The notes below the pieces were generated by a model, which was not told the origin of the DNA, searched no databases, and saw only the letters and a program-made list of their open reading frames with translations. The position numbers were made by a program, and so were the translations under genes. Of a stretch of 64,000 nucleotides of DNA, positions 14,389-29,400 are shown piece after piece. Source of the stretch: the human T2T-CHM13v2.0 reference genome, Homo sapiens; NCBI RefSeq assembly GCF_009914755.1, contig NC_060925.1. The stretch is one strand, 5' to 3'. Position 1 is the stretch's first letter; each line of letters starts with the position of its first letter.

Positions 14389-15409
14389 CTAGGCAGACTA
14401 GGCAGGTATGAGAATGTGAATGGGACTCAGACGGACTCAGGGCTCCTTGTCACATTCAGCAAACTGGAGGGCCCTTCCACTCCCTCAGGGCTTGCCCTTC
14501 TCTCTGAAATATACACAAACCACCTGAAATGGCACACTAACCATCTGCCCTTTCATCCTTTAAAAAAAGTCTTTCTACTTCCCAGTGGAAAATGAAAATA
14601 TGATTATGGCTCCACCTCCTTATTGTTCTTATAGTTCAGTGATGAAGAGTTTTGACGTTGTTATCATTCAAACCTGTTACTTTCTAGTTGTGTGACCTTG
14701 GACAAGTTGATTAACTCCTCTGAGCTTTGATCCCATCATACATAAAGTAAGGACAATGACAACAATAATCTCCTCCTCATGGATTTGTAGTTAATTCATA
14801 GGGATCATTTTGCTCCAAGCCTGGCCCACAGTAACAACAGTATCCACAGCACAGATTCTAGACTTAGACTGGCTGGATTCCAATTCTGGCTCCACCATTG
14901 GGTAACCTTGGGGAAGTTATGTAACCTCTCTTTGTCTCAGTTTTCTCATCTGTAAAATGGGATCTTATAGAACCTATCTCATAAATGGTTGTGAAGATTA
15001 AACAAGTTAATACATGTAAAATGCTTGGGAATTTTGGGGCATCTCATCAGCACTCAATAAGTGTTGCCTATTTTAGATCATCTTCACCATCTACTATGAT
15101 ATACTATAGAAAACCATTTGTAGACACTTTGACTCTTATACAAATATCTGGCAACCTACAGAGAATAATTAGAACAAGAGAACTTAAATTGGGGAAAGAG
15201 GGGATAAAAGGGGTATCAACTGGGATCAGCAGGGTTAAAGAACCAGGTATATGTTGGAATGTTGAAACGGAACTCAGGGCAAAGTGCTGGCTAAGACAGA
15301 AGGAGTTGCCTCTCCCTCTTTCTCTTCCTCTCCCCACCTCCCTCCCACACTCCCTCCCACCTTTCTTTCAGTTGTTGTAAAAATAAAATGGGATGATAAT
15401 GCATGATAG

Positions 15410-15830
15410 AGACTGGCTAGCTCTTTACCAAACCCATGTCCTCTTCTCCTGGGCACATGGCTAGACTACACTTTCCAGTCTTCCTGTCATTAGGATTAGC
15501 CATACATCTGCATCCCGAACAATGGAATCTGAGCGTAAGTGATGTATGCTACTTCCTGACCTGGCACATAAAAAAAAACTTCCATGCTCTTTCCCCTTCT
15601 GCCACTGGGTGTAGATTTAGAGCATGCCTCTAGAGCCACATGTTGAACTTGAAGAGCCACAGTATATAAAGAGCCTGGTCTGACTCACCTCTTGAAGGAG
15701 AGCTTCCCATCAGTCAAAACACCCATTCTGGGCTTTATCAGAGAAAGAAATAAACTTCTATAGTGGTTGAAACATATGCTTTCATGGACTTATTTGTTAT
15801 AGCAGCTAATGACAACCTAACTAATGCTAC
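15410..15830 (+). mobile_element. MLT1 (MaLR, J/I-like) LTR
   Basis: TCTCCTGGGCACATGGCTAGACTACACTTTCCAG...AAATAAACTTCTA...TTTGTTATAGCAGCTA. Confidence 0.7.
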
Positions 15831-17746
15831 TGCTTGCAAAAAGTTTAACGCTGTGCCTGGAACATAGTGAGCACTTAGTTTATAGTAGCCAAGAATTCAG
15901 GAGATCAGAAACCCCAACAATGCTGCAGATTATAAGATATCAAAACTTGCATTGGTTTCAGAAAACAAGCCTTTTGCACCCTCTCTTCTAAACTCACAAA
16001 AGCATAGAGGAGCCTCTTTGGGTCTCTGTGAAACAGACTTAATGAATCCATCCAAAAGAGTGACCCCGAGGCATAAAGAAAATAATTATAATAACTATCA
16101 TTTAAGCAAAATATGGTTGTGCATTAGGCATTTAACTATTGACTTTATCTGTATTACCTTACTTATTCCTCCTAAGTATACTAATAATTCCCATTTTACA
16201 GGTAATGAAACAGAGGGTCAGAGGTTAATGCCCAAGTCACATAAATAGTAAGTAGGCAGCCAAGCAAGGACTTGAACTCAGGTCTGATTGATTATACAGC
16301 CAAACTCCTTAAACCACTCCCCTTCCCTGGGTGAGGAGAGGCCCTCCAGGGCCCATCTTGGCTGACTGGCTCCACACCTGGATCCTCAGCCAACAGGGAA
16401 GGGAAGTTGACCTTGGAGTCACAAGGGACAATAAGTTGAGACTCAGTGTAAGAGATTTTGGGTCTGTCTGACTTAACCCAGCTCTCCAGGCTTAGCTCCC
16501 TCTTCAGCCTCTGCGACCCAGCCAAGCTGCAGCTAGACCCAGTATTGGTGCAGCATGTAAAAAGCTGGAAAAAAAAAATAGGGGAAAATAGGTTACCAGT
16601 AGGGAAGAGGAAACTTGTCATCCCACTCCCTTCCACCCCACACTGACTACCAGGAAGCAGTTAGACATTGGGCCCTGGCTTTCCCTGCCAAGGTCACCTT
16701 CATGACAGTTCCACCAGGGCTTCAGCTGGCAGCACCCGCCAACGCCAGGCCATGATGGATTACTGCTCGCTCTGGCTACTGTTCACTGCACAATCCAATC
16801 TAGGAGACACACATATTTCTCAATTCAGGGACTTCTTTTATTTTATGAAAAAATCAGCCAGCTGCTCAGGCACGAGTAGCTGGGCTTGGCGAGTGCTGTG
16901 GATTTTGTGAGTCTCCTCCAGCCCTGTTGCCTTCCTGAACTGCTCTTCCTTCTGTCCTATCCATTACCCACTCTCAGCCCCATAGAGTGTGGAAAAAAGA
17001 GCCCAGGCTTTGGAGCCAATTAGTCCTGGGTTCGAGCCCCACGTCTACCACTTACTCTCTGGGGGATTTTGCACAAGTTGCTCTCTGTGCAACTTTCCCT
17101 GAGCCTCAGTTTCCTCGTGTGTACTGTGATGGTGATGCTACCCACACTCCAGAATTATTAAAAGGCATAAATGAGTCATGAGTGTGGTGTCCTGGCACAG
17201 CAAAGAGCATACCTGCAACTACTACACATAGGAACCTATTCAGTTTCCTCTTCTCCATCTCTATTCTTAATCAATTTCTCATTTTCTCTGTCCTCTGCTC
17301 TTCCTCCCTCTTCCTCTTCTCTCATCTCTGCTCCTCTGTAGGTCATATCAACTTTAAAACTTCCAGAGAATGTCCCAGACTGCTCTGTCCTAAAAATCAG
17401 AGCAATTACTACCACAAGCCCCTTGAACTAAGCTTCTTCTTTATGCTCTGGATTTGTACGAACAACTACGGTCTATCTTGTGTTATGATTAGAATATAAT
17501 CCTTATGACTTGGAGAGTGGTTCTGAAACTGTGTTACTGACTTCTGGAAAGGCTGATTCCAACCCTTAAATCTCTTGTCACCACCCTTCCAAATTCTAGT
17601 AAACCATTGTTCTCAGTTCTTCGCCTGCTTTCTATATTTCTGATTTTATTGAGGTACCCCTACCAGCTCAAAGACAGAGGAAAGCATTCTCTGTGGGAAG
17701 TGATCAGGGGATTATCTTTATGAAACTGAGCAAAAGAAAAAAAATA

Positions 17747-18100
<354 letters not shown>

Positions 18101-18168
18101 TCATCTTGTTAATAAACGTTTAAATGGAAAGAAAAGCAAGGAGATGAGTTAGACTGAAAAATCAAAGC

Positions 18169-18544
<376 letters not shown>

Positions 18545-19097
18545 TTAGTGCTTTAAATGAAGATGAAAATTGAGCACAATCTTAGAAGACATCTCTATGT
18601 CTCCTTTTGCTAGTGCCAGCTTGAGGGTTAGACGAGGTTGTTCCTTCAAGTCAAAGGAGACCAGAGACCCTGGATCAGAGACAGCCCCACTCTGAGTACC
18701 GGCACCAACAGCCAGAATAGAGCTGGAGGCCTTGGGGTGCCTGAATTGCCGGCCGCCATGTCAACATCAGAACACAACACCAGAACATCTTCCCAAACAT
18801 CCTTGACTTCCCCGCCTTCCCCACTCAGACACTCAACCATTCTCCAAGCCCTCTCAAATACCTAGCAAGTCCATCCTCTTCTCTCCATCCCATTTCCTCT
18901 GTCTTATTCCAGGCCCCATGACCTCTCACCTGAGTCACTGCACTAGCCTCCTCCCTGATCTTTCAGCCCTTGCCCCATCCCAATCCTCTCTCTGCACAGC
19001 AACAAAGTGATCTTTCAAAAATACCAAACTGACTATGTCTCTCTTCTCTGTGGAACCGTCAAAGGCCTGCCACTGTTCTCAGGCTAATCTAACTTCT

Positions 19098-19314
19098 TAG
19101 GCCAGAAAACTTCTGTGAAGGGCCACAAAGTAATTATTTTAGGCTTTGCAGGCAAATGGACTCTGTTGTAACTACTCAAGTGTGCCATTGTAGCAAAAGT
19201 GGCTATAAACGGTAAATAAATACATGGACATAGCTGTGTTTCAATAAAATTCAACTTACAAAAACATGCAGTGAGCCAGATTCAGCCAGCAAGCCATCAT
19301 TTGCCAACCTCTGT
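19098..19314 (+). mobile_element. MER58A-like hAT-Charlie MITE
   Basis: TTCTGTGAAGGGCCA...TTTTAGGCTTTGCAGGC...ACTACTCAA...TTTGCCAACCTCTG. Confidence 0.75.
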
Positions 19315-19479
19315 GACTTAAGCCAACCCATGATGCCCTGGGTGACTTAGCCACTGCCTCACAGAGGCTATCCTCACCAATCACCATGCTTAATTTTTTC
19401 TTTACAATCACAAAGTATGACTCAGTTCCTCCAAACAGGCTGTGTTTTGTCAAACCCCCATCAAAACTCTTTCTTTTCC

Positions 19480-19798
<319 letters not shown>

Positions 19799-19879
19799 CA
19801 AACCTCTTTCCATGCTGTTCCTTTTGCCCATGGCTTTGTCTCAGTAGTTCTTACTCATCTTAGATGACTCAGCTCAGTC

Positions 19880-20340
19880 TTTGAAGGGAAATTTGGTAAT
19901 GTCCATCAAAATTTGAAACACATATGCCCTCTGTTTCCTCAGCAATTCAACTTCTAGGAATTTGTCCCACAGACAAATTCAAACAAGTGCTTAAAATTGT
20001 ACCTGTGAGAATGTTTGTTGCAGTACTGTTTGGAGTGCTAAAGAAAATTGAAACAACTTAAATGTTGATCAGTTGGGGAGTGATTACATTGTGGCACACA
20101 CATGTCATGAATATTATACTGCTATTTAAAATAATGTAGTAAAAAATAGAGTAGATCCAGATGTTCTGATCAGAAATGATTTCCAAGATTATTAAGAAAG
20201 CAGGATGCAAAAGATTGTATGTGACATTCCATTTGTGTAAAAAAAAAAAGGATACACACATACACATAAATGTTTGATATGTATAGGACATCTGAAATGA
20301 TACACAAGAAATGTGACAGTGGTCTTACTCCTGAGGAATG
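19880..20340 (+). mobile_element. Old L1M 3' fragment
   Basis: CAGCAATTCAACTTCTAGGAATTTGTCC...AATGTTTGTTGCAGTACTGTTT...AACAACTTAAATGT. Confidence 0.7.
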
Positions 20341-20362
20341 GAACTGCAATTGAATGGTTGAG

Positions 20363-20480
20363 TCAGGGCTGCCAGGTATTGTGGTAAAGCTTGTGCACTG
20401 TGCAAGCCCACTTGGAGCCACATATCTAGACCATAATGGCAACAGTGTCCCCTGGAACTGTGCAACATAGCAGAAGCTCT
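20363..20480 (+). mobile_element. MER91-like hAT MITE
   Basis: CAGGGCTGCCA...TTGTGCACTGTGCAAG...TGGAACTGTGCAAC. Confidence 0.55.
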
Positions 20481-23169
20481 GATTTTAGAGAAGGGAAACT
20501 TTTCATTACCTGCTTTGATAATACTATTTGAATTTTTACCACACCGAAGTGTGGAGCCTAAGAGTGAGCCCTAGATTTGAAGACTGCAACATAGCTATTT
20601 GTCAGCCTGCCAGACTGTGAATCCTTTGAAGGCAAAAAGCCTATCTTATTCACAGCACAGTGTAAGTCATGCCATCAAAGAAAGGTGTAAAAGATACAAA
20701 GAGAGCACAGGTTAGCCTGATTTGGAACTGGATCTTGCCAGATAGAAAAGCAGGGAAGGGCACTTAAGCCAAAGGGAAGAGCAAATGCAAAGGCATAGAT
20801 AGAAGAAAGAAGCTGCACAGTCAGGAGATGTTCGGAGTGATACAGATAAATAGCTTTTGCATATGTGCAAGTGGGTATTTGATTTAACAAACAGTCACCA
20901 GAACCTACCATGTGCCAGAAAGCACATTAGACAAGTCATGACAGTCTGTGATTCCAGGGTTCCTAGGAAGGGAAAGAAGATGAGAATAAGCTCAGATTCC
21001 CTTAGGATAAGACAAACTTTACTGGCATGCTGGAGGTCAGAGGCAAGAGACAACTTCTAACAGGGGCTGTAACAGAAAGCTTCTTGGGGAAGCTGGCATA
21101 TGACACGGTGCACGAAGGATGAGGAAGATTTCACCAGGCAGAGATGGAACAGGGTAGTACAGGGGTGGGCAACACCTTAAGCAAAGGAAGGGAAATAAGA
21201 GAGCCCAGGACACGTTCAGAGAGCTGAAGGACAGAGCCACATGAGAGGAAGGCTGTAGAAAAAATAGGCGAGGTTGGTTTGTAGCTGGAAAGAGCTTTGA
21301 ACATGAGGCCAAGGATACTGGCCGGTTTCCATGCCTCTGGTAGAGTCTGGGTTTCCAGCTGACATTCTCGGAAGCTAAGGGTCATTATCCAGGACATTAA
21401 GTGGCTAATGGGCCCACCCCAGTACCCTGTGCAGCCTGGAGCACAAATGTTTTCCAAAAGCCATTTTTATCTCCTGGCAACAGTGAGGCCAAGCCTTCTG
21501 AGCTACAAGCCTGGTACTTGTTGTGGTTCACTCTCCTCTCTACTGCTCATGGCCTAAAGCCCTAAGAACCGTCTCCTCCTCATCACCCCAGCCCAGCCCC
21601 AACCCAGCTCAGCCCTTCTCCAGAAACAAAGCCAAGCCCACACCTGCTATCTCTGACCTCATTTCTTCCCCACTAATTGATCAGAATACAATAATAGCAG
21701 GCATCAGGAGGACTAGTCCCTGATGGACCCAGGGCTCAGGAGAGAGCCTCAATTACTAATCCTGCACCAGCTACTAGAGCCAACAGCTCTCCTGGGTGCC
21801 CAGAAGGGTTGCCTGGTACTGGATGGGGGTGATGTCAGAGTGGAGATGGTGGCTGAATAAGATGCAGCAGCTCATCTGGAGCCATGGGACAACAGGATCT
21901 GGTGCCTTGCCCTGAGTAGAGAGACCTGCTGGCCATCCTTGGTGATGCTGAGGGACAAGGCCATTTGGAAGGCCCTGAGGACACTCTTCCCTGGCCTTTC
22001 TGCCATAGGTGACTGAGGCCTCCCCTTCTCAAACAGGCCCCCTGCATAGAAACAGAGGGAGAAGAATAACAGAGGCCTTTTCCAGCCATCTCAACTAGGT
22101 CCAAGCCTAGCACCATGCAAGTTTTCTCTCCGTGACTCTAAGGGACCTACACCTGGGCGTACAAATACAATTCTCCCACCTCTGCTTGCCCTAGCTGTAC
22201 CTAACCTCCATGGCTAACCTAACACAAGACTCGCCTCCTCCAAGAAGTCCTTGACTGATTCTACCCTCCCTGACTCATATCTTTCTAAATTGTTTTTATG
22301 CTGAGCCACTCCACGGAGTCCACAGAATTATTGCCTGTTTTGCAGTGTTCTTTTATGGCTGTGAGCAGCTGCTGTATTCTTATAAACTTTTTAAGGACAG
22401 GGCTCTTCTCCTTGCTTGTGGGAAAAGAGAAAAGGCACAGAACTGGGAGTATACAGGAATAGGTTTCAAGCCTGATCTCTGCCACTAACAAGGTGTGTGA
22501 CCTCAGAGAAGTCACCCAACCCCTATGAGCCTCAGATTCTTAATCTGCAAAATGGAGAACATAATAATTCCAGCCTCCCCAGACACGTTGAGAAGGGCCA
22601 GTGGGGCTGTGCTGCCCCCACCTCTTTACCAAGAAGCTCCACCTCTCACTAGGCCTGCTATCCCCACTCCCCACAAACACTCTGCGCTCTCCATAAGACT
22701 TTTACTTGTTTAATTAAAAATGATATAAAACAACGTATGTATTGATGATTTATTGCACTCACCAGGCTGCTGATATCACTTAAGGGGCATGTTCTAAACA
22801 GAACAGGTTCCATGCTCAACAAAGAAATACATAATAACAATACCTCTTAAAGTGAAATTCCCTGGCAGATAGGCCAGGAGCCAGGCATGACCCCGGGATA
22901 CTTTTAGAACTTACTGCTCTTGCAAGAAGGGACTGAGAATTCTGGGAGCCAAGACAGCCATGTAGAAGTAGACCAGGTCTTGGAATCATCAAATATTAGC
23001 TGGTTCAAATCCTACCTCTTCTTTGAAAGTGGTCAGTTTTCCTCTGAGCTTGGGTTTCATAATCTGGGGATAATCCTACCTCAAAGCATTGTTGCAACAA
23101 TCTCTGTAAAATGCCTGGCATATAGTGGGTACTCAATAAACAGTAGCTATTTTTTTGCTGTTTTGGGGG

Positions 23170-23660
23170 GGGTTGATCAGCTTTCTTGAGGATAATCCAT
23201 ATACCATAAAATTCACCAATTTTAAGTGTATAATTTGATGACTTTTAGCAAATGTATATAGTCATGTAGTCACCATCAAAATCATGATATTAACAATTCC
23301 ATCATCCTAAAAGCTTTCCTTGTGCCCCTTCTCAAGCAATACCCACCCCCTGACTCATGGCCCCTAGCAGCCACCAATCTGATTTCTGTCCTTACAGTTT
23401 TCCTCTTCTAGAATTTCATATAAATGGAATAACGCATTCTGGAGTCTTTTTTACCTTTCTTCTTTCACTTAGCATAATACACCTGAGATTCATCCATGTG
23501 GTTAAATGTATCAGTAATTCATTCCTTTTTATTGATGAGTAGTTTTTCACTGTATGGGTATACCATAATTTGTTTATCCTTTTGACAGTTTGACGGACAT
23601 TTGGGTTGTTTCTATATTTGGACTATTACGAATATCACTGCTATAAATATTGAGTATAAA
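23170..23660 (-). mobile_element. Old L1M 3' end
   Basis: CATAAAATTCACCAATTTTAAGTGTATAATT...TTCTTTCACTTAGCATAAT...GGACATTTGGGTTGTTTC. Confidence 0.85.
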
Positions 23661-23784
23661 GCTGTGATTATTAGTTATTTGGAATCACAGAAAATCAGAG
23701 CTGGACTGTTCCTCAGAGATCACCAAGTCTAGCACCTTCATATTGAAGATAAAGAAAATGAGCTCACAGGGGAAAGCTCATGGT

Positions 23785-23960
23785 TTAACTCCTTGCCACT
23801 GAAAGTGTAGCCCATGAATCAGCAGCATCAGCATCACCTGGGAGCTCATTAGAAATGCAAAATTCAAGACCCCACCCTGGACTTAGTGAATCAGAATCTG
23901 CATTTTAGCAAGATCCCCAGGTGTTGAATAGTCACATTCGAGTTTGAGAATCACTAGTCT
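23785..23960. mobile_element. MER5A hAT-Charlie MITE
   Basis: CAGCAGCATCAGCATCACCTGGGAGCTCATTAGAAATGCA...GAATCAGAATCTGCATTTTAGCAAGATCCCCAGGTG. Confidence 0.85.
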
Positions 23961-24513
23961 AGCAGACAATAAATGAATTTGGGATTAAATAATAAGTCAC
24001 CTGACTCCTGGCCCAGAGCTGCTGTCTTTGAATCACAGTGATTGGCAGTGAGTAGTGGGCAATTAGGGCCAACAGCCTCAGGTCCTGAAGAGCTCCTCTA
24101 ATTTGAGAGGGTCTGCTGGTTTAGTGAAGGGCAGAGCTGCTGCTGCCTCATGGCCTCTTGGGGACATAGGGCCTCACAATGTCTGGGTCAGCTTAGGTCC
24201 CAGAGGTCCTAGGATCCTTAATTGAAAAATCATAATTATTTATTTAGATGACACTGCTGTTAGCATGCAGAATTAATGACAGCCATGTGGTCTAGGTTGA
24301 GGGAGGCAGAAATGGAGGGCAAAAGACTTCTGGGTGGGGATTTCAGAGCCCAGAGGTGCTCCATAAACTCACCTTCGTGGACACCCCTTAACCATGTTAT
24401 GTTTATTAAACAGATACACAAAAGCATAAGCACACTTTCCCTTAAAGCTTAAATAATAGCTACGAATTGTTTCCAGTTTTAACAAATTATAAAATAGTTT
24501 GTTGTTCTCATTA

Positions 24514-24731
24514 CAGGTTAAGCATCCAAATCCAAAAATACAAAATACAAAGTCCTCCAAAATCCGAAACTTTTTGAGTGCTAATGTGATGGACACTCAT
24601 AGGAAATGCTCATTGGAGCTTTCTGGATTTGAGATGCTCAATTATAACTGCTAATATTCCAAAACCTGAAAAAATTTGAAATCCAAAACACTTCTGGTCC
24701 CAAGCATTTCAGATAAAGGATACTCAATATG
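24514..24731 (+). mobile_element. Tigger4/MER46-type TcMar MITE
   Basis: TA|CAGGTTAAGCATCC...GGATACTCAATATG|TA: degenerate TIRs with TA target duplication. Confidence 0.85.
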
Positions 24732-25378
24732 TAATTGGTGATAATTTCAGGATGATGGGTTTATAAGTGAAAACAATATTGCTGTCATGAAATTTTCTTT
24801 TATTCTGTAATTGGCTGTTACAGTGTGTTTCTTAGCTAGGAAACAAATGTGATTCACCCCAAGATGGGCCAACCAGCCAACTCATCACCTAAGAGAGAGG
24901 GTATCTCTTTAAGGTGTCACTGATCTTTAGACACTTACTGGATGTCTATGATGTTCTGCCAATTGAAAGCAGGGGATAGGAAGACATGGAAGAGTACCTG
25001 CTCTCTGAGAGTTTATAGGCTAATGAAGGAGGGAACAAGATAAAGCTGAGACAAGATAAATAACCATACACAGCAACCTATCCATGACCAGAGAGTGGTA
25101 CCAAGTGTCAGTACTTCTGTAGCTCAGAGACCAGAACACCTGTGACTAGACTGAGCAAGGCCTTTAAAAAAAAAAGAAAAAGAAAATGAGAGAATGCACC
25201 ATAAAGGAAGAACAGCTTGAGAGGAGGTGTGGAGGTGGGAAATCTATATGCTGCAAACAGTCCTTGTATGGCTAGAGTGAGAAGTGGAAGATGACAATGG
25301 TGTGAGAGAGATCAATCTAGAGATGGAATTAGGAACATAATTATTAATTTATGTAAATAAATAATTATATGTTTATAT

Positions 25379-26436
25379 AAATACAAAATCAGCAGTCAAA
25401 TAATAACATGTAACCCCTATATAGCCCACACCAGGCTAAGAAGGCAGGACTTTGTCTTAAAAAAAACAGGGGTCATTGAAAAGTTTATACAGGGGCTTGA
25501 TGTGGTCAGATTTATAACTTTATCTTGAGGAAATTATAGGCCCATAACGTATTAGATACAGAGAGAAGCAATTTGTGCACATGGAGTGTAGTCCACGGAC
25601 ACAATCACCTTATTGCTTGTTAGAAGCATAGATTCCTAGGGCCCACTTTGGGCTAAATTAATGAAAGTTTGGGAATATGCCTTAGTTTAATAACACTGAT
25701 TTTAAGGCCCTTGTTTTTTACAAGGGGAAACTGAGGCTTAAAATGACAAATGAATTTCCCAAAGGCCATACAGCTGGTAAGTGGCAGAGCCAAAACTGCC
25801 TGATTCTAGATACCATCCCAGAGCTCTTCCTTCACCAGACTGATTGAAAGTGTGTTGTGTTTTGTTTTTTTTTTTAAAAAAAACACTTACATTATCCAGA
25901 CGTTGTGCCCCTTAGACATATCCAATAGGACTATCCTACTCATAGCTTTTCCAGCAGGAAACATTCTAGTACTTTCTGCACACCCATCTCCACTAGCTGC
26001 CTTCCAACCTTAACTCCCACCCATGCCACTCAATACAGACCAGACAAGGCCGGTCCACGTCAGTCTTCTGAAGATCTTCCTATTACTGTATATAGAACAC
26101 TAATGCCTCTCAGCATCTGCTGGACCCAGGTGATGGGTGTCACATGAGCAGATTAGGAGTAGAGAAGGGAGAAGTCAGTCTAATTGCATTTCATGTCACA
26201 GAACACCGAGATTTCATCGAGGGTCAAATTATGCAAAACAATTATGCCTTATCCCATGCAATCTTCCTTGATGTGTCCTGCCCTTCAGACTGAGACCCTT
26301 GGAACTCATTCTCACAGGTGGGCTAGGAGGAAAGGAGGCATGGAATCATACCTCCTGGTACAGGTGCCCCTGCTTTAAGTGAAGATCCAAAATACAAAAT
26401 CAGGAGTCAAATAATAACATGCAGCCCCTATGTAGC
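25379..26436. repeat. 47-bp dispersed direct repeat (25379-25425 and 26390-26436)
   Basis: AAATACAAAATCAGCAGTCAAATAATAACATGTAACCCCTATATAGC vs AAATACAAAATCAGGAGTCAAATAATAACATGCAGCCCCTATGTAGC, 43/47 identical. Confidence 0.9.
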
Positions 26437-29400
26437 ACTCTGTGCTAGATGCTGTTCTAAGTGCTTTACATTTTTAGCCCTTGTAACAAACCCATGAGGT
26501 AATTACTATTATTACTCTCAGTTTACAAATGAGGAAATTAAGACCCAGAGAAGTTAAGTGACTGGCCTTGGGTCTTCAGGCTAGCGAGTAGTAGAGTTGA
26601 CATTCAAACACAGGCAGTCTGGGTCCAGAGCCCACGCTCCTAACCACAGTGCAAAACCTACTGTTTGCCAAACCCTGTGATGGAAGCTGAATAAAAAGCT
26701 GAACCAGACCCAGCATTGAGGGAGCTCACAGTCTAAAGGAAGGACATAATAGTAGTCACCAACACAGACAATAACAACAGTGTAATCAGTGCTGGACAGA
26801 GAGAAGCCTAGGGCTCTCGAAGCCCAGAAAAGATTTTCCCAAACCCAACCCAGGGATCAGGAAGGCATCCTGAAAGGGGAGGTACCTGGGTTGCCCTTGA
26901 AGGATAATCAGCTGCCAATAATTGCTCCTCAGGAGGCAGGCATTAGTGTTTCCTGTGCCTGGGCCAGCTCTGGTCCTGATAATCCCTTCCCTTCCTAATT
27001 AGATCTGTTATTCACAACCAGATCCTGCTCCTAGTGAGAGAAAACTCAGCAAAGCCCTACTTCCTGGATTCTGAATATTCAGGTCCCATTGGAGGCTCCA
27101 GCTTAACAGTCTCCCAAATATCCATGACTACACTGTGGAAGAGTACTGCAGTAAACCTTCCAACTAAACACAATTCAATTATGTCCCCAGATCCCAAAAT
27201 AGAATGATTCTCTTCCTCTCTCTTTTTTAGAATCTTTATGGAGAAAGGAGCACACACGGGACACTGGCTTAATCCAGCTACTGGAAGGTTTCAGCAAAGG
27301 AGAGACATAACAGGGAAGTGGACAATAGCCCCCTAGGTTCCTGCCTGAATTATGGGGAGGACAGCCCTTAACTGAGATTATGAACAAAGGATAGCATGTC
27401 TTGGCTAAGGCAGCCTGAGCAGCTGAAAACATGCCTAGGGAGTATGCCAGCTGTATTAGTCTTCCATCTGGAGTCCTTTGAACACATAACAAAGTACCTG
27501 TGGCTTGGTGTTTGTTTGCAGGGGCACCCCATGCAGAGATGGGCATCCTAACCCATCTCTGGGATTTTATCAAGCACTTCCAAGGCTAAGTACTGAATGG
27601 AGGAGAAGACCAGAACTGCCCCCATAGCAAGGGGGAAGTCCAAGAGAACATGACTTTGGCCTGTCTTCCAAACAGACTTGCATGAAGACAGAGTTCTGGG
27701 CACTAAGAAACTGAGGGTTGGCTGGAAAGAAATGGGGTAAAGTGACCAAGATTCAGCTTCTGGGCTTATCACTTTCTCAGAGTCTCAGTTTTCTCATCTG
27801 TGAGTTGAGGCTAATCATCTGTGATAAACTCATCCCTAGCTCACAGAACTGTTGAGGGAATTGGATAGGATAATGGCTGTGAATTCTCTTTGTAAATGGA
27901 TTCAGGGTACAAATGTGGGTTTACAATAATAAAGTCCAGTTTTCTTTATGCTCAATCACTTATCCTCATTCAGGAATACAACTACACTTTTGTTTGTTTA
28001 CACCTATCATTTTATCATCATGGGTATTTTTTTATTCTATACAATTTCTGTATGGTAGATAGGACAGGTATCTCCCATCCCATAGAAGAGAAATCAGGAG
28101 CCCAGAGACGTGACTCAAATATAACCCAGGACATTTTCTTCTGTATCAAGCTCTATATATAGGAGGAATAAAAACAATTAACATATATATTGCTTTATTA
28201 GTTTATAATTGACAAAACATTTTTCCTCAGATATTTCTTGATTATCCCTGCAACCCTGGAAAAAGGAAAAGTAATCCTTCATCTTATGGGACAACTGATA
28301 GTCCTAGAAGCAGGAGCAGCAAGTGCAACGCTACACAACCAGAAAGAGACGAAGCCAGAACTGAAACTCAGCCCTTCTAATTGCTTCTCTCCAGTGTTCC
28401 AGCTCAAGCCACTCCTAGGCAGAAATTCCTTCTGGTCAGTGGTTTCAGAAGTTGGGAAATGGATTTTAGCTTTTGGTTCCTGACCTGGACTAACTTTGAT
28501 TAGTTGAAATGAAGTCTTTTGAACTTCAAATGCACTACTCTATAAATGGGTGCCCCTCCTTTGCAACTACTCTGAGTCCCACATAGACTCCATCATTGCC
28601 TGTGACACTTGAATGTACCTGCTTATTTCCATGTCCCACCTTCTACTAGCCTGAGAACCCTCTGAGAGCAGAGACACTATCTTACCCATCCTGTGGCCCC
28701 AGTGTCTACACACAAACGCCTGCCATAAATGACTTCATAGTATTATACAAGTCACTCATTTATTTAGATTTCTGTTTTCCTGTCTATAAAATGAAGGAGT
28801 AGTAGGAGGAGCAATCACTCTCTAAGGTTCTTCCAGCATTAAAGTTGTTGGATTTCTTGAGAATTATGTTTCCTCTACCTATCAAAATCTCACTCACCTT
28901 CCAGTGACAGGTCAGCTCCTACCTGCTCTCAGAGAACTTCTCTAAACCCCGACAGGTCTTTGGAGTGAAAGCAGTGACTATCTGAGCCATTCAACAGACT
29001 TTAACTCACACCACCTCATTCTATTACCTTTTTCCTGAGTACTTGTACCTTGTTTCCGCACATTAGATTGCGTCGCTTATTGCCACAACTCTATTGTAGC
29101 TTCAGAGCAGAAGCCATGCATTACCCTTCTATTTTACCTCCCTATGTGCTAATTTCAGCCTTGGGTTCATGAATGGGAATCAAGAGAGTTGGGTCCTACC
29201 CCTAGCTTCTTCGTTGACTCTCTATGTGACCTTGGACAAGCCACTAGACCCCTGACCCTCAGTTTCCTTTAGTGTAAAATGGGACTAACACAACCTGTCT
29301 CTAAGATTATTGTGAGAATCAATTTAAATAACAAGTAAAAGCACTTTGTTAATTATAATAATCTTACAAAGGATTGAGCAGTGTAATTGGTACTCTGGCA

